Of a stretch of DNA of 64,000 nt, positions 57,749 through 64,000 are shown in pieces. This DNA is from Laetmonice hystrix (Eukaryota). Both the position numbers and the translations under genes were made by a program. Each line of letters begins with the position of its first letter. Position 1 is the first letter of the stretch. The stretch is taken from contig OZ249436.1 in assembly GCA_965235115.1 (NCBI GenBank), positions 45,882,001-45,946,000 of the forward strand, read 5' to 3'. The notes below the pieces were generated by a model. It was not told where the DNA came from, ran no database searches, and was given only the letters and a program-made list of their open reading frames with translations.

Positions 57749-59992
57749 GATCGGACTCTGCCTCTACCTCATGCTAATCAGACTCTGCCTCTACCTCATG
57801 CTAATCAGACTCTGCCTCTACCTCATGCTAATCAAACTCTGCCTCTACCTCATGCTAATCAGACTCTGCCTCTACCTCATGCTAATCAAACTCTGCCTCT
57901 ACCTCATGCTAATCAAACTCTGCCTCTACCTCATGCTAATCAAACTCTGCCTCTACCTCATGCTAATCAGTCTCTGCCTCTACCTCATGCTAATCAGACT
58001 CTGCCTCAACCTCATGCTAATCAGACTCTGCCTCTACCTCATGCTAATCAAACTCTGCCTCTACCTCATGCTAATCAGTCTCTGCCTCTACCTCATGCTA
58101 ATCAAACTCTGCCTCTACCTCATGTTAATCAGACTCTGCCTCTACCTCATGCTAATCAGACTCTGCCTCTACCTCATGCTAATCAGACTCTGCCTCTACC
58201 TCATGCTAATCAGTCTCTGCCTCTACCTCATGCTAATCAGTCTCTGCCTCTACCTCATGCTAATCAAACTCTGCCTCTACCTCATGCTAATCGAACTCTG
58301 CCTCTACCTCATGCTAATCGAACTCTGCCTCTACCTCATGCTAATCAGTCTCTGCCTCTACCTCATGCTAATCGGACTCTGCCTCTACCTCATGCTAATC
58401 AAACTCTGCCTCTACCTCATGCTAATCAAACTCTGCCTCTACCTCATGCTAATCAAACTCTGCCTTTACCTCATGCTAATCGGACTCTGCCACTACCTCA
58501 TGCTAATCAAACTCTGCCTCTACCTCATGCTAATCAAACTCTACCTCTACCTCATGCTAATCGGACTCTGCCACTACCTCATGCTAATCAGTCTCTGCCT
58601 CTACCTCATGCTAATCAAACTCTGCCTCTACCTCATGCTAATCAGACTCTGCCTCTACCTCATGCTAATCAGACTCTGCCTCTACCTCATGCTAATCAGA
58701 CTCTGCCTCTACCTCATGCTAATCAGTCTCTGCCTCTACCTCATGCTAATCAGTCTCTGCCTCTACCTCATGCTAATCGAACTCTGCCTCTACCTCATAC
58801 TAATCGAACTCTGCCTCTACCTCATGCTAATCAGTCTCTGCCTCTACCTCATGCTAATCGGACTCTGCCTCTACCTCATGCTAATCAAACTCTGCCTCTA
58901 CCTCATGCTAATCAAACTCTGCCTCTACCTCATGCTAATCAAACTCTGCCTTTACCTCATGCTAATCGGACTCTGCCACTACCTCATGCTAATCAAACTC
59001 TGCCTCTACCTCATGCTAATCAAACTCTACCTCTACCTCATGCTAATCGGACTCTGCCACTACCTCATGCTAATCAGTCTCTGCCTCTACCTCATGCTAA
59101 TCAAACTCTGCCTCTACCTCATGCTAATCAGACTCTGCCTCTACCTCATGCTAATCAGACTCTGCCTCTACCTCATGCTAATCAGACTCTGCCTCTACCT
59201 CATGCTAATCAGTCTCTGCCTCTACCTCATGCTAATCAGTCTCTGCCTCTACCTCATGCTAATCAAACTCTGCCTCTACCTCATGCTAATCGAACTCTGC
59301 CTCTACCTCATGCTAATCGAACTCTGCCTCTACCTCATGCTAATCAGTCTCTGCCTCTACCTCATGCTAATCGGACTCTGCCTCTACCTCATGCTAATCA
59401 AACTCTGCCTCTACCTCATGCTAATCAAACTCTGCCTCTACCTCATGCTAATCAAACTCTGCCTTTACCTCATGCTAATCGGACTCTGCCACTACCTCAT
59501 GCTAATCAGACTCTGCCTCTACCTCATGCTAATCAAACTTTACCTCTACCTCATGCTAATCGGACTCTGCCACTACCTCATGCTAATCAAATTCTGCCTC
59601 TACCTCATGCTAATCAAACTCTGCCTCTACCTCATGCTAATCAAACTCTGCCTCTACCTCATGCTAATCAAACTCTGCCTCTACCTCGTGCTAATCAAAC
59701 TCTCCCTCTACCTCATGCTAATCGGACTCTGCCTCTACCTCATGCTAATCGAACTCTCCCTCTACCTCATGCTAATCGGACTCTGCCTCTACCTCATGCT
59801 AATCGAACTCTGCCTCTACCTCATGCTAATCGGACTCTGCCTCTACCTCATGCTAATCGAACTCTGCCTCTACCTCATGCTAATCGGACTCTGCCTCTAC
59901 CTCATGCTAATCGGACTCTGCCTCTACCTCATGCTAATCGAACTCCGCCTCTACCTCATGCTAATCGGACTCTGCCTCTACCTCATGCTAAT
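57749..59992. repeat. Minisatellite, 27-bp unit, about 83 copies, with 18-19-unit higher-order structure
   Basis: Unit ACTCTGCCTCTACCTCATGCTAATCAA; the GCCTTTACC variant is at 58462, 58948 and 59461. Confidence 0.97.
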
Positions 59993-61202
59993 ACCTTCAA
60001 ATCAAACGTCATTGTAGAGTTCCGAGTAGTCTAGCCTCACAGCGGTTTCTGTGTGGTTCGGGTCGTTCGCAGTAGGCAGCCAAGGCAGATCGTGGATCAT
60101 ATTATAGACTGGAACAAATATCCAGAAATGTGCCTGGAAAAAGTCCTATAGGCATTTTTGAGGAAAAGCGGCCAAACAACATTTTCTAGAGTGGTTTTTT
60201 GCGCAGATTACGAATATTTTATTTGGACATCTCAATTTTGCATAATTAGGTCAGAAATCGAGGTCAAAGTTCAATAAGTAGGTCATGACCAAAAATGTAC
60301 ATAATCACATGGCCTAACGGAAGATTGAAAGATTCCTTTGAAAATACTAACCATTAGGGCTGTGGTAAGCATTGTATTTGGCAATTAAATGGAAAATGTG
60401 AAGCATATTTATCATAAAATAGCTCATATCTCCTTTATTACTGAACATTCCACAATATCATCACAAGTTCACTGATACATTTCTGTGGCCATTAACATTG
60501 CTGGGCATAGCAGTAGACACTGTTTCCAATATCTTTCTGACTATTTCCAATGGAAATGTGATGTTGGTTGGCATCAGCATGGGTCAAAACTAGGTCAACG
60601 TTTGACCTACAAGTACATGTATTTGCAAAAAAAAACCAGTTGAAGATGCGTGTCTAGTTCTGTATGCTATATCATAAATTGTGATTCCCTTCGTCAGTGT
60701 GAAGTTGCAGACTTATTTCTCACCCTTTACCACCCACCCCCACCTTATCCCATTCTCATCGGAAACAAATTAGCCAGTAACGAAATGCAGCAACCACCTG
60801 TAGCATATTACAATGTAGTATAGGACATGTCAAATGAAAGTCCTTTCCTATATCTCCAAGTATGTAGGCCTACGTCATTGCTGTAGATCTGGCTGATCCA
60901 CTGTAGATTTAACCCTATCAGGGCGAGGAGTGCCTGAAGGCACTCCTGTGTGATGGCGAGGAGTGCCTTGAGGCACTCCCGTGTGAGGGCGAAGAGTGCC
61001 TTGAGGCACTTTTCTGTCACCATGGCACCAGACATTCACTTATAGTCGGGCAGCCAGAGGGCATTTTGAGGCTGAACCTGGAGCATTTTTTCTAATTTGC
61101 ATAAATCCAATATGGCCGCCATCTTACCCATGGCGATTCACTTTTGGCATTATCTCCACCCGTAAATTGACTTTTTTCATTATATCATTTTTTTTCCTAG
61201 GA

Positions 61203-61660
61203 GGTTCTGTTGTCCAGTTTAGGGTTCTTAGCATAGCTCAAGATATAGTATTCAGTGTATCTGGGGAAAGGAAAACTTCCCCAAAACATGTAGGTCTTGG
61301 CCTTACACTGCATCAGGCTACCAGATCAAAATCACTTGTAGAAATGTTAAATAATACAGGGTATATTGCTAGCTATAGAGACATACTACGTCTTGACACT
61401 GCTTTAGCCGAGGTAACCTTGGAAAGTATGGACCAGGACACTGGGTCAGTTGTTCCACCCAATTTGGTGCCTGGTGTATTTACCCACTTTTCAGCAGATA
61501 ACATAGATATCAATGATTCCACCTTGGATGGAAAAACACCTTCCATGCAACACTAGCTGCAGCATGCCAGAGGGGACCTATCGGGGGGCCTGCTCCTGAT
61601 ACCGTTCTGCCAGACATCAGGCCATCTGGTAAAATCACACTTGAAGTACCCAAATCAAGA
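61203..61660 (+). pseudogene. Frameshifted transposase fragment inside the long-TIR element
   Basis: RVLSIAQDIVF...PKHVGLGLTLHQATRSKSLV...SY..ILRLDTALA...HFSADNIDINDSTLDGK. A 1-nt deletion near 61535 shifts the frame; the shifted frame continues TFHATLAAACQRGP, matching a widespread invertebrate transposon-derived protein family as I recall it. Confidence 0.75.
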
Positions 61661-61930
61661 TAGTCAATGTGTGTCTACAAATTCAGTGTCAGACTTCTGG
61701 GACTACTTTATCATTGCATTCACATATTGTCATTTATGGTACATTACAATTTTGTGAAACTTTAAGCTAATGAAAGTATGACTGAGATTTTGTCATATGG
61801 TCAAAACATAAGCTTACTGTGTAATTTGGCATTTTGTTGTCAACTTTACTTATTACAGGCGGGTAAGGGGGGTATGTCTGGAACTCCACAGTCCTGCCCA
61901 ATGAATCACACTTTAGAATAGGTACCTTAA

Positions 61931-62456
61931 AGGGAGCCGTAAAATTCATTTTTTCGATTTATGGCAGTCTTAGAAACATATGATTCGCATACCTTGGACT
62001 CCCAGTAACATCATGTGAGACTGTTATGGCCCAGCGACCAGTATTTAGTAAGGAAAATATGCCAAATCTCTCGCAAATACGTAGCTCAGAATTAGCGAGC
62101 GGCCCACAGGATATTTGAGTTGGCCGCGGTCGGGCGATGATGACGCGTGATCACGTGACTTCCGGGTGTGGAAGGGAATCTCCCTCTAGTCTAGCATTGA
62201 CCTAAATACTGCATGTACACCCGGAAGTCACGTGATCACGCGTCATCATCGCCCGACCGCGGCCAACTCAAATATCCTGTGGGCCGCTTGCTAATTCTGA
62301 GCTACGTATTTGTGAGAGATTTGGCATATTTTCCTTACTAAATACTGGTCGCTGGGCCATAACAGTCGCACATGATGTTACTGGGAGTCCAAGGTATGCG
62401 AATCATATGTTTCTAAGACTGCCATAAATCGAAAAAAATGAATTTTACGGCTCCCT
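61931..62456. mobile_element. Near-perfect palindromic MITE with TTAA target duplication (Kolobok-like AG...CT ends), nested in the Academ-like element
   Basis: TTAA|AGGGAGCCGTAAAATTC...GAATTTTACGGCTCCCT|TTAA. Arms of about 240 bp (61931..62169 and ~62217..62456) with very few mismatches and a spacer of about 47 bp. Confidence 0.9.
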
Positions 62457-64000
62457 TTAACAGTGTTTAGCAAATATAAACTAGACACGCATGGTATTTT
62501 GCAAATACATGTACATGTAGGTCAAACGTTGACCTAGTTTTGACCCACTCTGATGCCAACCAACATCACATTTCCATTGGAAATAATCAGAAAGATATTG
62601 GGAACAGTGTCTACTATATTCCCAGCAACGTTAATGGTCACAGATATTGTATCAGTGAACTTGTAATGATTTTTTCGAATGTTCAGTAATAAAGGAGATA
62701 TAAGCTATTTTATGATAAATATGCTTCACATTTTCCATTTAATTGTCAAATACAATGCTTAAAACAGCCCTAATGGTTAGTATTTTCAAAGGAATCTTTC
62801 AATATTCCGTTAGGCCATGTGATTACGTACATTTTTGGTCATGACCTAGTTTTTGAACTTTGACCTCGATTTCTGACCTAATTATGCAAAACTGAAATGT
62901 CCAAACAAAATATTTGTAATCTGCACAAAAAACCGCTCTAGAAAATGTTGTTTGGCTGCTTTTCCTCAAAAATGCCTACAGGACTTTCCTTTCCTGAAAT
63001 ATGGCCCAGTCTATTAGTTTTACCCCCAACCCCCGACCTTTTAACCCGATACCAGGGATGTGTGGCCTATAGCTGAAGGGCGACACAGGGCTTACCTTAG
63101 CTCAGATCGTTTACGTTACGTTAGGTCTATAATAGAGGCGCTTATAATAACACGTAGATCCTATCTCCAGCAGGTTGTCAGGTGGTCTTCTCTAGACGTT
63201 ATACAAAACGGACTTGATATTATTTTTCGCTAGCTTTGTTACCCGTATGAAAATAAAGTCCATTTCATAATTTCAAGGCACTTTCATATGGAACAATCTT
63301 TGTTGCCGTATCCGATACGTCACGCATAGTTCGGTGTGGACAGTAGTACTAGAGGTGGCTTCAAACATCCGCCGTTCTATCAGCCATACTCTGTCGTTAT
63401 TACACATGCGTGGACATTCTAAGCCACAGATTTAAGAGGCGATAAAATGCGCTATCCTGGCTTGGAGTCTGAGGTACGTGCTATTGTCCGTCACGAAGTC
63501 GATCGCACGTCTTTGCATAGCGCATAAATGATTGACGGTTCTCTTCTTTATTTATCTTGGCTTAGGTCAACATGTACCCTCGGGCAGTAGGCCTAATGTA
63601 CGACAAATATGTCTTATAATGGCTCTAATATATGCCCGTGAGCGAAGAGCTTGTATGGATGGAATTGGGTTAATTCTCATAGATTCGAACCCTGACATGG
63701 GACATGGGGCCAAGAACGCTTGGAGTTCTCCCCCTGAAGGTGGTCAATCCGGACTCAGTCTGAATGACAGCGTCAATAGAACTCCAACACGCTCTACGGC
63801 TCCCTGGAATTCATATTGACCAATCTGTTCGTATATTCATCGTTCTCAAACTGGATTATTGAAAGGTGTGTTCTTCTCGTTGAATGCTCCGATCTAGAGA
63901 TCAATTCTAATCTAATATAGTGTATGGGAGGCAGGCTGGACACAAACTGCTACCTCTCCATTAGGGCTATGAGTTGTTACATTCGATGGCCTACCCATCA

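Larger units (their letters stand above)
60105..63013. mobile_element. Internally deleted Academ-like DNA transposon with long TIRs
   Basis: About 550-bp imperfect inverted repeats (60105..~60665 and ~62470..63013), TAGACTGG...CCAGTCTA termini, flanked by TTA at 60102-60104 and 63014-63016 (3-bp TSD), and an internal transposase-like fragment. The superfamily call is from recalled features, not a search. Confidence 0.75.

Noticed and set aside
57708..60017. 769-aa LCLYLMLIK-repeat ORF
   Set aside because: Second open frame of the 27-bp array with an implausible composition.

Overview
Eukaryotic (animal, most likely lophotrochozoan) genomic DNA containing two convergent, intron-rich neural genes in a repeat-dense background. 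(1) On the + strand is a complete 10-exon gene (11019..21996, 462 aa) for a monofunctional peptidylglycine alpha-hydroxylating monooxygenase (PHM). It has a signal peptide, all six Cu ligands and an acidic C-terminal tail, but no PAL or transmembrane domain. (2) On the - strand are six exons (54641..28580) of a Cys-loop nicotinic acetylcholine receptor-like subunit whose signal-peptide exon I could not place. The subunit is atypical: loop C has Phe-Phe where alpha subunits have Cys-Cys, the M1-M2 linker reads P-D-R, and the M2 9' gate position is Ser. About 22 mutually unrelated minisatellite arrays cover roughly 18 kb (about 28%) by my hand count. One array is built from an exon-intron junction of the receptor, and six carry a TGACGT (CRE-type) core. 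There are also several non-autonomous DNA transposons: an Academ-like element with a nested palindromic TTAA MITE, two copies of another TTAA MITE, hAT-like elements and a long-IR foldback element. All long ORFs over tandem arrays are treated as repeat artefacts. Everything was done by eye; no database searches were run, so family assignments rest on motif recall.
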